A DNA stretch of 64,000 nt from assembly GCA_017500855.1 (NCBI GenBank), contig JAFVYC010000039.1:12064-76063 (forward strand). Direction: 5' to 3'. Shown here piece after piece: positions 1 to 8,790 of the stretch. The notes below the pieces were generated by a model. That model made no database searches. It saw nothing but the letters and a program-made list of their open reading frames with translations, and was not told where the DNA came from. This DNA is from Clostridia bacterium. Its GTDB lineage: Bacteria > Bacillota > Clostridia > Christensenellales > CAG-314. How positions within the stretch are numbered: the first letter of the stretch is position 1; every line of letters starts with the position of its first letter. Position numbers and translations under genes: made by a program.

Positions 1-306
1 TTCCAAAGAGTTTTGTTCGGGTGGCGAAGCGTTGTCGTCGCAAATGTTCAACAGTCGAATAAGTCGCAATTTTTCCACTTGAAGTTGTTCGTCCGTCATG
101 TCGCAAACGTCCGTTTGTTGCTCGTCCAAAGTCAACAGCGCCTTGACTGCGTTGACGTCCGGAAGCACCCGTTTTGTTGTGACTTTGCGCTTTGTCAGTT
201 GTGGTTTGCCGTCCACCACGTTGTACTCTTCGGTTTTTTCCTTGTAGGAAAAGCCCTTGGCTTTTTTCATCAAAATGTCGATGAGCAGTTGTTTATTGTT
301 TGTCAT
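1..306 (-). CDS. Phage-associated hypothetical protein, first 102 codons only (gene runs off the left edge)
   Basis: Not in the ORF track because there is no stop in the window. ATG at 306 overlaps the terL stop (ATGA, 303-306). 102 sense codons MTNNKQLLIDILMKKAKGFSYKEK... reach position 1. K/E-rich; function not assignable. Confidence 0.5.
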   Translation of the reverse strand, partial: MTNNKQLLIDILMKKAKGFSYKEKTEEYNVVDGKPQLTKRKVTTKRVLPDVNAVKALLTLDEQQTDVCDMTDEQLQVEKLRLIRLLNICDDNASPPEQNSLE

Positions 307-1718
307 TTGCGCCCCAACCTTTTGTACAGTCTTTCCTTGTCTAGTTGAATTGCCGACTTTTGCTGTTTGCTTGCTTGCGTTTTTGCATCCAAACTGCACA
401 CGTAGTAGCGCAAATCATCCATGGCGTGGTCGTCCTTTTTGATGGGCGTTTCCCCATCTCCCCAAAAGTAGCCCTTCATTTCCCTAATCATGTTGACACA
501 GTTGGAAAAGATGTACAGTTTGGGTGGACCGTCCAAGGGCTTCAACAGTGCCTTGATTTTGTTGATGCCCGTGTACAAACTTTTGTTAACACGGGTGTCT
601 ACCGTGATGCCGTTGTCGGCAAAAAGTTCGGCAACGGATCGGACGCCGTTCAAGGTGCGTTGGTTTGCTGCGCTGTCCATCAATGCAACGATGTTGCCAA
701 ATTTGTCACGCTTCCAACCTAGTTTTTGGCAAATTTCCTTGATGGCTTGGCAATGATGCTGAACGTCGTGCTTGGCAAGGTAGTGTTCGTAAACCACGTA
801 CACGTTGCCATCTCCATCCCTTGCGTACCAATGGCAGGACAGGGGATTGTTGAGCCCCGGGTCGATGGAAATGCCATCTTGCCACTCGGGTGGAACGTCG
901 AAAGGCTCCACAACGTTAGCCTCGGAAAACTCGGGATACACCATGCCACCGCCCGCACGGAAATGGCCGTACCTTCGGCTGTCCAACATGTCCTTGGACA
1001 AGGTTTGCGACATTGCCGTCACTTCTGCTTGCGACAGGTAAGGGTTGTCCGCCCATTCCATAAATTCGCACCAAACTTGCTCGTCCTGCATGCTGTTTAG
1101 GTAGATTTTGTCGTACACCCAAGTCAGCCCTTTCAACGGCGTCATTGTGCCAAAAACGTGACCACGTCTGTCCAAAATACGCATTTTGCACTCCTCGTAC
1201 ACGTCCTGTGGGGGTTCTTCGTCGAACCACACGAAATCCAAACTTGCGCCTTGAAATTTTTCCCTGCCTGCCTCGCAACTTTTGAAGCCAATTTTGGACG
1301 TTCCACCAAAAACGTTGTCTATCACAATGTAGTCGATGATGCCGTACTCCGGGCTGGCTTTTGCGCCTTGAAGCATGGAAATTTCCTTGATCCAACGCTT
1401 GTCTAGGTAGTGCAAAATCTTTTGTTGCGCCACGTCTCGTTGCACATGTTGGGAAAGGGAAACAACCCAACAACTGACGTCGTCCTTGTTTTGCCGAAAG
1501 GGATGAATGCCACGTGCAAGCCACACCGTTTCCACAGCGCCACACTCTGTTTTGCCACTTCGGTTGCCACCAAAAACCCAACGGTTGCGCTTGGGGCACT
1601 TGTGGAAAGCCATTTGCTTTTGGTGCACTTTGCCCTTGTTGTAGCGTGCAAGTGGGCTTTGCTTGCGCCGTTTTTCTTCCTTTTCAATTTGTTTTATTCT
1701 TTGCAAAATTTCTTTCAT
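303..1718 (-). CDS. terL: Phage terminase large subunit
   Basis: ORF 303-1733. Start moved to ATG 1718 (AAAGGAGGT just upstream). Has GGNRSGKTE Walker A, FVWFDEEP Walker B-like, and ISIDPG and HAMDDLRY acidic nuclease-type motifs. Confidence 0.85.
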   Translation of the reverse strand: MKEILQRIKQIEKEEKRRKQSPLARYNKGKVHQKQMAFHKCPKRNRWVFGGNRSGKTECGAVETVWLARGIHPFRQNKDDVSCWVVSLSQHVQRDVAQQKILHYLDKRWIKEISMLQGAKASPEYGIIDYIVIDNVFGGTSKIGFKSCEAGREKFQGASLDFVWFDEEPPQDVYEECKMRILDRRGHVFGTMTPLKGLTWVYDKIYLNSMQDEQVWCEFMEWADNPYLSQAEVTAMSQTLSKDMLDSRRYGHFRAGGGMVYPEFSEANVVEPFDVPPEWQDGISIDPGLNNPLSCHWYARDGDGNVYVVYEHYLAKHDVQHHCQAIKEICQKLGWKRDKFGNIVALMDSAANQRTLNGVRSVAELFADNGITVDTRVNKSLYTGINKIKALLKPLDGPPKLYIFSNCVNMIREMKGYFWGDGETPIKKDDHAMDDLRYYVCSLDAKTQASKQQKSAIQLDKERLYKRLGRK

Positions 1719-1819
1719 TCTACCTCCTTTCAATTGTGATGTTTTTCCCCTTCAACAGTCAATACTCGGCAAAAAATGCTGTTCATTTTGCTGTACAATG
1801 TGGCAAAAGGAGGCTGTTT

Positions 1820-2545
1820 GTGCGTACTGTTACTGCTTGTTTGTGTTTTGTGTTGATTTTGGCTTGTTTTGCGCCAGTTGTGGCAACTGCATCCACGCCA
1901 CAATGGGTGCGTGTTGTAAAAGATGACGTGTTGTTGTACACCACTGCCTACAGTTCCAAAGTGACGATGGAATTGCAAAAGTCCTACTATCTTCAAGTGC
2001 TTCAAGAAGAAAACGGAATGTACCTTGTCAGCGTGATGCACAATCAAGTGGGCTTCCCAACCATCACGGGCTACGTTTTTCAAAACGACGTGGAAAGGTG
2101 CGATCAAACGCCCGTTCTGCCCTACTACCCAACGGCAAGCATCACCGTTTTGGCAAACAGCGCCGTTATCAAACTGTCGCCAATGGATTCCGCCCAAACG
2201 CTTGTCGTTGCCACCAACACACAGCAACTCAGTTTCTACGGTCAAACGGAAAGTTACGGCAAAACTTGGTTCTACGTGTACTACGCAGGAATGTTTGGCT
2301 ACGTGGAAAGTAGCCTTGTGACACAACCTGTCATTGCGTTGCACCCAACGCCCATTGTGGAAGACGTTCCCGTTGTGACGCCACCTGTGGAAGACCCACC
2401 CGTTACAGACGACACACCAACGCCAAGCGGAGCCACTTCGGAAATTGCCCTGATTGTTTTTGTTGCGCTAATGGCAGTTGGCATTGTTGTTGCGCTGTTT
2501 TTGCCCGGCAACACCAAAAGAGATGCCTTTTCGGCAGACATCTAG
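1820..2545 (+). CDS. Secreted protein with SH3b-like repeats and a C-terminal TM anchor
   Basis: In frame with ORF 1514-2545. GTG 1820 lies 6 nt after AGGAGG (1808-1813). Signal-like N-terminus VRTVTACLCFVLILACFAPVVATAS, two SH3b-like segments (...GYVFQNDVE, ...GYVESSLV), a P/T/V-rich linker, and the hydrophobic tail IALIVFVALMAVGIVVALFL. Confidence 0.65.
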   Translation: MRTVTACLCFVLILACFAPVVATASTPQWVRVVKDDVLLYTTAYSSKVTMELQKSYYLQVLQEENGMYLVSVMHNQVGFPTITGYVFQNDVERCDQTPVLPYYPTASITVLANSAVIKLSPMDSAQTLVVATNTQQLSFYGQTESYGKTWFYVYYAGMFGYVESSLVTQPVIALHPTPIVEDVPVVTPPVEDPPVTDDTPTPSGATSEIALIVFVALMAVGIVVALFLPGNTKRDAFSADI

Positions 2546-2554
2546 ATATGTACG

Positions 2555-3001
2555 TTACTTGCTTTTGTACTTGCGCTTGAAACTTAGCACCGTTATTTGA
2601 CTGCAATGATTGTTGAACCACGCCTCGTCGTAGCCCAACAGGGCAAGTTGCTCCCGAAAGCACTTCAAGGCATCGTTGACCTTTCGATACACAGTGGAAA
2701 GCGCAACGTTGTGTTTTTCGGCAATGGACTTTTTGCTTGTCCCAACAAAGTAGATGTGTTTTAGCAGTTTTCGGTAGCCTGCGGGAATTTTGCCAAGCCC
2801 TTGTTGCACGGCTTTGTGCATTTCCACAAGGTTATCTCGCTGAACGATGGTTGTGGCAACACGTTGCGCTTGCTCGTAGGTGTCGTCCGTGCCGATGGTT
2901 GCAAACGACCCCATTGCCAACTTGACGGCTAGTTTTTGCAGTTGATTTGCCGTTTGTTTGAATTTTTTGGCATTTTGTAGCATTGTAAGTTCGTAGTTCA
3001 A
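2555..3001 (-). CDS. Sigma-70 region-4-like HTH protein, phage late-gene regulator-like (ArpU/RinA-type)
   Basis: 148-aa ORF. TTG start 3001 is preceded by GGAGGTG. The C-terminal half KKSIAEKHNVALSTVYRKVNDALKCFREQL resembles a sigma region 4 HTH. Sits upstream of terL on the same strand. Confidence 0.5.
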   Translation of the reverse strand: MNYELTMLQNAKKFKQTANQLQKLAVKLAMGSFATIGTDDTYEQAQRVATTIVQRDNLVEMHKAVQQGLGKIPAGYRKLLKHIYFVGTSKKSIAEKHNVALSTVYRKVNDALKCFREQLALLGYDEAWFNNHCSQITVLSFKRKYKSK

Positions 3002-3169
3002 ATTTCACCTCCGATGTTCTATTGCGAACATTTGTTCTAATTTTGCAACCATCATACCACACTAAATATGACAACTGTCTGTCAGTTTTTATTTTTTTTG
3101 TCTAAATTTTTTGTAAAATTTTGTAGAAAATTGTAGTTTTGCACTTTTTGCCACTCTACAAATTGGGTG

Positions 3170-3198
3170 TTGACAACATTTGCCATTGATGGTACAAT
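3170..3198 (+). promoter_or_regulatory. Sigma-70-type promoter
   Basis: TTGACA (3170-3175), 17-nt spacer, TGgTACAAT extended -10 (3190-3198). Lies 29 nt before the ATG at 3227. Confidence 0.7.
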
Positions 3199-3226
3199 GT
3201 TTGCATCACACCCAAAGGAGAAGTTC

Positions 3227-4366
3227 ATGGCAAAACCGTTTTTGGAAACCAAACACACGCTTTCCGTGCTGGACAAAATCAAAAAAGACATTGCCTGCGT
3301 GCTGTTTTTTGTGCAAATTGCAAGCATGGTTGTGTTTTCCGGCTACTACATCTATTTGATTTGCATCAACGCACATTCGTTGCCCCACCTTGTTTCCTAC
3401 ATAGTTTTGTTTGGAGTGGTTGCCACGTCCTTCGTGACGGAATTGATGACCAAAGCCAAGCAAGACGAACACCGAGTTGCAAAACGGCTGTGGGTGGAAA
3501 AAAAGCGCCAAATTGCCATGTTCACAAGAGTGCTGAAGTACTTGGCAAAAACCGTCACCGTCGTGTTGGCATTGGTGGCTTCCGCTAAAGCCCCCGTTTC
3601 CGAATTGGACACTTTGTTCGACTTTGCAAGCATTGCCATGCTGGTAGGCTCGGTACTGTTGGAAATTGTTGGCAACTACGTAAACAAATGCATTGACAGG
3701 CTGACGCTCAGTTTGAAAATGGACTACGAAAGTAGCGCATTGCAAGACTACGTTTTGTTTGCATCCAAAATTACAGGCAACAAACAGGCGCAACTTTCCA
3801 ATTTGGAAGAACAACTGCGAAAGGCAAGTGGCGAAAGTGTCTACACCGAGCAAGAGCAAAAAATTCGCCAAGAAATTGCGTTGCAAGCCGAACAACTCAA
3901 ACAACAGCGCACCGAACAGTTGAAAGCACGCATTGTTGCCACCAAATCGGAAATTTTGCAACATCGCAAAGAATTGAGCAAGGACGAGCAGTCGCAAATC
4001 AAAAAGCAGTTTGCGCTGTGCAAAAGGCAAGCCGTTGCAACTATACTTTCCAACAAAAAACTTCAAAGGCTGTTCGAGGATGCAGGCGCATTGTTGGACG
4101 TGTTGCCGTTGGACGTTGAACCGCTACACAAAGTTCCCACCATTGTTGCGCTTATTGGCAACTACGCAAACAAAACCTACCGTGACGTTTCCGCACGTGC
4201 GCTTGTGACAATTGTTGCAACGCTGATTTTCCTTGCAAGCCCAACGGAAATTGTCGACGACATCCCCACGCTTGCGCACGCAGACGACATTTTTGTGGTT
4301 GGTTTGGCGTTGAAAGACGTGCAAAAAGAACTGGACAAATTTGAAAACTGGCAAAAAACCTTGTAA
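3227..4366 (+). CDS. Membrane protein with coiled-coil region and C-terminal DUF1232/YkvA-like segment
   Basis: ORF 3167-4366. ATG 3227 follows AAAGGAG. About 4 N-terminal hydrophobic helices, a Q/E/K-rich heptad-like middle, and a C-terminal ...IVATLIFLASPTEIVDDIPTLAHADDIFVVGLAL typical of DUF1232. Confidence 0.6.
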   Translation: MAKPFLETKHTLSVLDKIKKDIACVLFFVQIASMVVFSGYYIYLICINAHSLPHLVSYIVLFGVVATSFVTELMTKAKQDEHRVAKRLWVEKKRQIAMFTRVLKYLAKTVTVVLALVASAKAPVSELDTLFDFASIAMLVGSVLLEIVGNYVNKCIDRLTLSLKMDYESSALQDYVLFASKITGNKQAQLSNLEEQLRKASGESVYTEQEQKIRQEIALQAEQLKQQRTEQLKARIVATKSEILQHRKELSKDEQSQIKKQFALCKRQAVATILSNKKLQRLFEDAGALLDVLPLDVEPLHKVPTIVALIGNYANKTYRDVSARALVTIVATLIFLASPTEIVDDIPTLAHADDIFVVGLALKDVQKELDKFENWQKTL

Positions 4367-4504
4367 TTGACCTTTGGCAACAAAGGACGTTGCCAAGAGA
4401 ACATTTGAAACTAGCACTTGGATGAAAGACGGCATTTGAACATCGTTTGCCGTGGGCCGACAATCAACAACAAGGTTATAGATGGCAAAACGTACAAGTC
4501 CACA

Positions 4505-4551
4505 AAGAGATAGCAAATCGGTTGGTAGCCGAAACGCCATCTCTTTTTTTG
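4505..4551 (+). terminator. Intrinsic terminator after 3227-4366
   Basis: AGAGATaGC...GCcATCTCT stem with an inner CGG/CCG stem, followed by T7. Confidence 0.6.
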
Positions 4552-4601
4552 TTGCCCTTTTGCAAAATGCCAACAATTTTGTTTATTGTTGCAACAAATT
4601 G

Positions 4602-4630
4602 TTGAAAAAATAAATATTATTTGGTATAAT
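4602..4630 (+). promoter_or_regulatory. Sigma-70-type promoter
   Basis: TTGAAA (4602-4607), 17-nt spacer, TGgTATAAT (4622-4630). Confidence 0.65.
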
Positions 4631-4694
4631 GTAGAAAACAATCTTTTGTGTGGGTTTGCCACACCGCTACTGTGAAATTCACAAAGGGGAACAC

Positions 4695-6539
4695 ATGAAA
4701 AAATTTACTTTGCTTCTTCTGCTTGTTGCTTTGGCTTGCACCACCGTGCTTGGCGTGTGCGCAAGCGCCGAAAGCGTCAGTGGAAACATCCATTTTATCA
4801 ACCCAACTGCCATTGCCGTTTTGGACAACACCTTGTTTGTTGCCGACGTTGTGGAAGAAAACAAAAGCGTTGTGTTGTGCTTCGACATCGACACCTACGC
4901 CTACAAAACGTTGCAAATTGACGGAATGGTTCAAAATCTTTCGGCAAGCCAAGAAAAACTGTTTGTTGTGCTTGCAAATTGCGTGCAAGAGTACACCTTT
5001 GGCACAAGCCTTTCCCTTGTGAAAACACACGACCTAGTGGGCATTGTGGATATTTGCTACGGCATGTACGAAGACAAAACGGTGCTGTACTACGCACAAA
5101 ACGTTGACGGAAGCATCAACTGGTACAGGCAAAACTTGCAAACCGGCGTGGAAAGCACCATTGCCGAGGGCAAGGAAAACACCTTGGACTGCATTGCATT
5201 CAACGAAAACGGCAACGACTTCACCTACTTTACTGCGCAAAACAGCATAAAACGCTTCAACGGAACCAAGGGCGAGTACAGTAGCAAGGACGCATTGAAC
5301 GGCAACCTTTCGTTGCAAACGGAATTTGTGCCACAAGCGTTGTTTACCTACACCAACGCAAGCGGAAACTTGCAACTTGCCGTGTACGACAAGCACAACG
5401 TGTTCGACGTCACCGAGAAAAAGGAAGGGGAAAACATTGTTGGCTACGATGCAAAAACTTCCGTGTTCTACAGAACGATGGAAAGCGACATTGAATGCAT
5501 TGCATCTTGCAACAACAAAATTTTTGTGCTGAACAGTTTCAACCAAATTGAGGTTTACACGCTTGGCGCAAACGGCTACACCAACAGCAACGTTACAATT
5601 GGTAGCGAAACTGTGGAAGTGAACATGGCGTTGCCAACCAAGTTTACAGGCTTTACGTTGGCAAAATCTACCGGCTACCCAACCAACATCGTGTACAAAA
5701 CCACCAACGAACAAACAAGTGTGGAAAACATTGTGACCGACTACTACCAAGACGTGATTGTTTTGAACTTTGAAGGCGCCGAACAACTGCCCTACTACTA
5801 CGTGCTTGTGGGCGACAAGTTTGGTTGGATAAAGAAGAGTGACGACGTGCAAGTTGTTGCCGACGACCCCAACATGCACATTACCGACACAAAAGTTTCG
5901 GCAAACGGCGTGTACACGGCAAAGTTTACTTCGGCAAACTCGGTGTATGTGTACGACTTGCCATTTGCTGATGCAAACAAACAAAACTTTAGCCAAAGTT
6001 TCGACAAGTTGACGACGGTGACGTTGCTACAAAAATTCAACGACAGCCAAAACGTTGGTTGGTACTACGTTTCCTTCATTTTGGATGGCGACACAAAAAT
6101 GGGATTTGTGCGTGAAGGCAACATTGGTCAGTTCCAAAACGTTGCAACCAAGCCACAATCCACCATCATTGGCGACAAAAAAATCAACTCCACTTTGTTC
6201 AATGCCGTTTCGGTGTGCCTTGCGCCCGACCTAAAGGACGTGCTTTGCGACAGCAACGGCAAGCCAGTGAAATTGTTCTCCGGCGAGGACGTGAAGGCAA
6301 TCAAACTTTCCGACGACGGCAAGGCAATGTTTGTGCAAGTGATTGCGCCGGACGGAAAAACCATCACGGGATGGGTGGATGCAACAAGACTGATTGAAGT
6401 TGGCGACATCACAAGCAATGCAATAATTGGTATTTGCTTTGTGAGCGTTGCAATCACACTTGGCGTGCTTGTTGTGGTTGTGCTTGTTCAACGCAAAAAG
6501 GCAACCAAAAAGGAAGTTGAAGAAACAACCGTGGCGTAA
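4695..6539 (+). CDS. Large secreted protein with C-terminal SH3b-like repeats and a TM anchor
   Basis: ORF 4650-6539. ATG 4695 follows AAGGGGA. Signal peptide MKKFTLLLLLVALACTTVLGVCASA, a repetitive beta-rich N-terminal half, and three SH3b-like endings (GWIKKSD, GFVREGN, GWVDATRL). TM segment AIIGICFVSVAITLGVLVVVVLV followed by a basic tail. Confidence 0.65.
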   Translation: MKKFTLLLLLVALACTTVLGVCASAESVSGNIHFINPTAIAVLDNTLFVADVVEENKSVVLCFDIDTYAYKTLQIDGMVQNLSASQEKLFVVLANCVQEYTFGTSLSLVKTHDLVGIVDICYGMYEDKTVLYYAQNVDGSINWYRQNLQTGVESTIAEGKENTLDCIAFNENGNDFTYFTAQNSIKRFNGTKGEYSSKDALNGNLSLQTEFVPQALFTYTNASGNLQLAVYDKHNVFDVTEKKEGENIVGYDAKTSVFYRTMESDIECIASCNNKIFVLNSFNQIEVYTLGANGYTNSNVTIGSETVEVNMALPTKFTGFTLAKSTGYPTNIVYKTTNEQTSVENIVTDYYQDVIVLNFEGAEQLPYYYVLVGDKFGWIKKSDDVQVVADDPNMHITDTKVSANGVYTAKFTSANSVYVYDLPFADANKQNFSQSFDKLTTVTLLQKFNDSQNVGWYYVSFILDGDTKMGFVREGNIGQFQNVATKPQSTIIGDKKINSTLFNAVSVCLAPDLKDVLCDSNGKPVKLFSGEDVKAIKLSDDGKAMFVQVIAPDGKTITGWVDATRLIEVGDITSNAIIGICFVSVAITLGVLVVVVLVQRKKATKKEVEETTVA

Positions 6540-6580
6540 GAAACTGTTTGCCCTGCAAAAATCAAAATGAAATGCAAAAA

Positions 6581-6610
6581 GCATCACTACAATGGGTGAT
6601 GCTTTTTTTT
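6581..6610 (+). terminator. Intrinsic terminator
   Basis: GCATCAC / GTGATGC stem, 8-nt loop, T8 (6603-6610). Confidence 0.75.
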
Positions 6611-6736
6611 AGTATATACGTAGTAAACAACAAGCGTTGCAAGCAAATTTGCGCACGAATAACGGCGTGACAAAAAAATGTCAAATTGAAATTGCTTGGA
6701 AACAAAAGGATGCGTTGTTGGAAGAAATGATGGAAA

Positions 6737-6766
6737 ACAAAAAAGGCGCAGTAATGCGCTTTTTTG
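6737..6766. terminator. Bidirectional hairpin terminator (serves the minus-strand OB-fold gene)
   Basis: A8-GGCGCA-gtaa-TGCGCT-T6. Lies directly downstream of the stop at 6769. Confidence 0.65.
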
Positions 6767-6768
6767 TG

Positions 6769-7422
6769 CTAGCAAATTTGTTCGTCGGTTGTGACGTCCT
6801 GTGGGTTGCCATCCACAAGTGACACTTTGCTGACTGAAACTTCGTAGGCAGTTTTGGTGACGACGGTGCTGTCGTCCAACTTCTTTTGGTAGGACCTAGA
6901 CTGCACCCTGCCAACAAGCGTGATGTGCTCGCCCACTTCCAACATGGACACAAAGCGAGCGTTTCTGCCCCACACGATGCAAGGGATGTAGTCGCTTTTG
7001 TTGTACTGCCTGTTGACGGCAAGAAGGACGTCGCAAATTTCCCTGTTGAAGGGCGTTTTTCGATACACGGGTGCCTTGCAAATGTAACCTGTGAGTACAA
7101 GTTGATTGGAATTTACCGTTTCGTCCAAGGGGCCTGCTTCCCGTGCAAACACCGTTAGCATTAGTTTGCTTTTTTCGCCGACGGTTTTGTTGTAACTGCG
7201 GAATTGCCCACGAATTGTGACTTGGTTGCCCACTGTGAACAAGCCGTTTGCCATCAAGTGTTCCGAAACGGAAACGGGCAACATGTCGTCCATGCCGGAC
7301 ATGCGCTTGACACAAAGTGTGACGTCGAAAAACTTTTCGCCAAAGACTTCGTGGGAAAAAATTGGTTGATCTACAACTGTTCCGGAAAGTGTTACCAAGT
7401 TGTTTTGCATTTCTGTGCTCAT
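6769..7422 (-). CDS. SSB-like protein with two tandem OB-fold halves
   Basis: 217-aa ORF. Two about 100-aa halves each follow an OB/SSB-like pattern (NLVTLSGTVV...TIRGQFRSY and NQLVLTGYIC...TLVGRVQSRSY). No acidic SSB C-tail seen. Confidence 0.5.
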   Translation of the reverse strand: MSTEMQNNLVTLSGTVVDQPIFSHEVFGEKFFDVTLCVKRMSGMDDMLPVSVSEHLMANGLFTVGNQVTIRGQFRSYNKTVGEKSKLMLTVFAREAGPLDETVNSNQLVLTGYICKAPVYRKTPFNREICDVLLAVNRQYNKSDYIPCIVWGRNARFVSMLEVGEHITLVGRVQSRSYQKKLDDSTVVTKTAYEVSVSKVSLVDGNPQDVTTDEQIC

Positions 7423-7452
7423 GTTTGCTCCTTTTCATGCGTTTTTTTGTTG

Positions 7453-8193
7453 CTAGTTGCAAGGTTTTTGCGTGCCAAGGCTGTCTACAACGTAGTTTTG
7501 CGTGTACACAAGTTGGCCAATTGTGCAAAATTTGAGGCCCTTTAGTTGAAGCGACTGGAAAATCAAGGGCAAGGCTTCCACGATGTGGTCGCTGTTGTTG
7601 TGGCACAAAATGATGTCGCCACTTTGGGCAACTTGCACCCTTTCGGCAATTTGTTGTGCGGAAAGCCCCTTCCAATCCAAACTGTCCACACTCCATTGAA
7701 TTGCCATCAAATCCAACTGCTCGCACACGGAAAGTAGCGTGTTGTTGTAGTCGCCAAAAGGTGGGCGAAACAGTTTCACTTGCTTGCCAGTGATGGAAAA
7801 AATTTGCCTGCAGGTGGAAAGCAATTCGCTGTTGCATTGCTCGGCTGTCAGTTTGCTCATTTGTGGATGAGTTGCGCTGTGTGTGCCGATTTCGAAGCCA
7901 CGGGTTGCCATTTCCGCAACCAACTCGGGGTATTTTTCCATCCAAAACCCCACCAAAAAGAAGGTTGCCTTGACGTTGTAACTTTCGCACACATCCATTA
8001 TTTGGCGAGTTTTGTCGGCGCCCCAAGCGGCATCGAAGGAAATTGCCACGTAGCCGTCGTTGCGCTCCACACGGTACACAGGCACCTTTTTGCTGTTGGC
8101 AAAGGCTTGCGAGTAGCCACCCATGCCACACACCAACACCACCGCCACAAGGCTGATGGAAACGGAAACCAAAATTTTTTTGAAATTTGTCAC
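7453..8193 (-). CDS. Polysaccharide deacetylase (NodB homology domain, PdaA/PdaB-like)
   Basis: VAISFDAAWG, KATFFLVGFW, IGTHSATHP and FRPPFGDYN motifs. N-terminal signal/anchor. GTG start preceded by AAGGGG. Confidence 0.85.
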   Translation of the reverse strand: MTNFKKILVSVSISLVAVVLVCGMGGYSQAFANSKKVPVYRVERNDGYVAISFDAAWGADKTRQIMDVCESYNVKATFFLVGFWMEKYPELVAEMATRGFEIGTHSATHPQMSKLTAEQCNSELLSTCRQIFSITGKQVKLFRPPFGDYNNTLLSVCEQLDLMAIQWSVDSLDWKGLSAQQIAERVQVAQSGDIILCHNNSDHIVEALPLIFQSLQLKGLKFCTIGQLVYTQNYVVDSLGTQKPCN

Positions 8194-8296
8194 TTGTTGC
8201 CCCTTGCAAGAATTTGCAACTGTGCTACTAGTTTACCACAATTGCAGGATTGGTTTTGTTGAACTTTTGTCGAAAAACTTGTTTTGTTGTAGATAT

Positions 8297-8430
8297 TGTA
8301 TGCCCCGCCGTTGCCATCTAGACCACAGGGGAGGCAATACGTTTTGCAACGTGTAAATTGGCAACCAAAGTGCGACGTGCCAACAATGCCTTAGATGGCA
8401 AGCAACTCTCTACATGGCAATAGGCATACA
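8297..8430 (-). ncRNA. Candidate structured RNA / 5' leader element (unclassified)
   Basis: Nested complementarity on the minus strand: TGTATGCC (8430-8423) with GGCATACA (8304-8297); TTGCCATCTA (8401-8392) with TAGATGGCAA (8320-8311); inner TTGGCA/TGCCAA and ACGTT/AACGT hairpins. Confidence 0.35.
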
Positions 8431-8723
8431 AAATGGAAAACAACGTGCAAAAAGACAATCAACACACAAAGGCTTGTTACACCAATACACCAACTGTCAC
8501 TGTTTTGAGCAAAACACTTGCCTGTGTGTTCGATAGCAAAGTTGTTGTAATACGTTCATTTTGCAACGCAAGGCATTTACATTTGAGTTGCCAACAACTG
8601 CTTGCAATTTGAAACTTGCACCACGTTTCCACCAAGGCAAGTCTGGGCACTTTATTGCCAAAAGCACGGCATTTCCACAGCAGGCATTTTGTGTTGTGTG
8701 CATTCGCCAACAAAATTTGTAAC

Positions 8724-8752
8724 AAAAAAAGGAAGCAAGAAAACTTGCTTCC
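8724..8752 (-). terminator. Intrinsic terminator of the LRR pilin gene
   Basis: GGAAGCAAG-aaaa-CTTGCTTCC 9-bp stem. A7 on the plus side gives U7 on the minus strand. Confidence 0.8.
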
Positions 8753-8790
8753 AATTTTGTTTTTTATGCGTTTTTTGTACTACGGGTGGG

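Larger units (their letters stand above)
1..3160. mobile_element. Prophage-derived segment (partial; right boundary uncertain)
   Basis: terL plus a translationally coupled downstream ORF plus a late-regulator-like HTH gene on the same strand. No integrase or att site seen in the window. Confidence 0.4.

Noticed and set aside
1-306. Calling the partial ORF a small terminase subunit (the K-rich ...KRKVTTKRVLPDVNAVKALL segment resembles TerS C-terminal regions).
   Set aside because: It lies downstream of terL, not upstream. Only 102 residues are visible and the resemblance is weak. Left as hypothetical.
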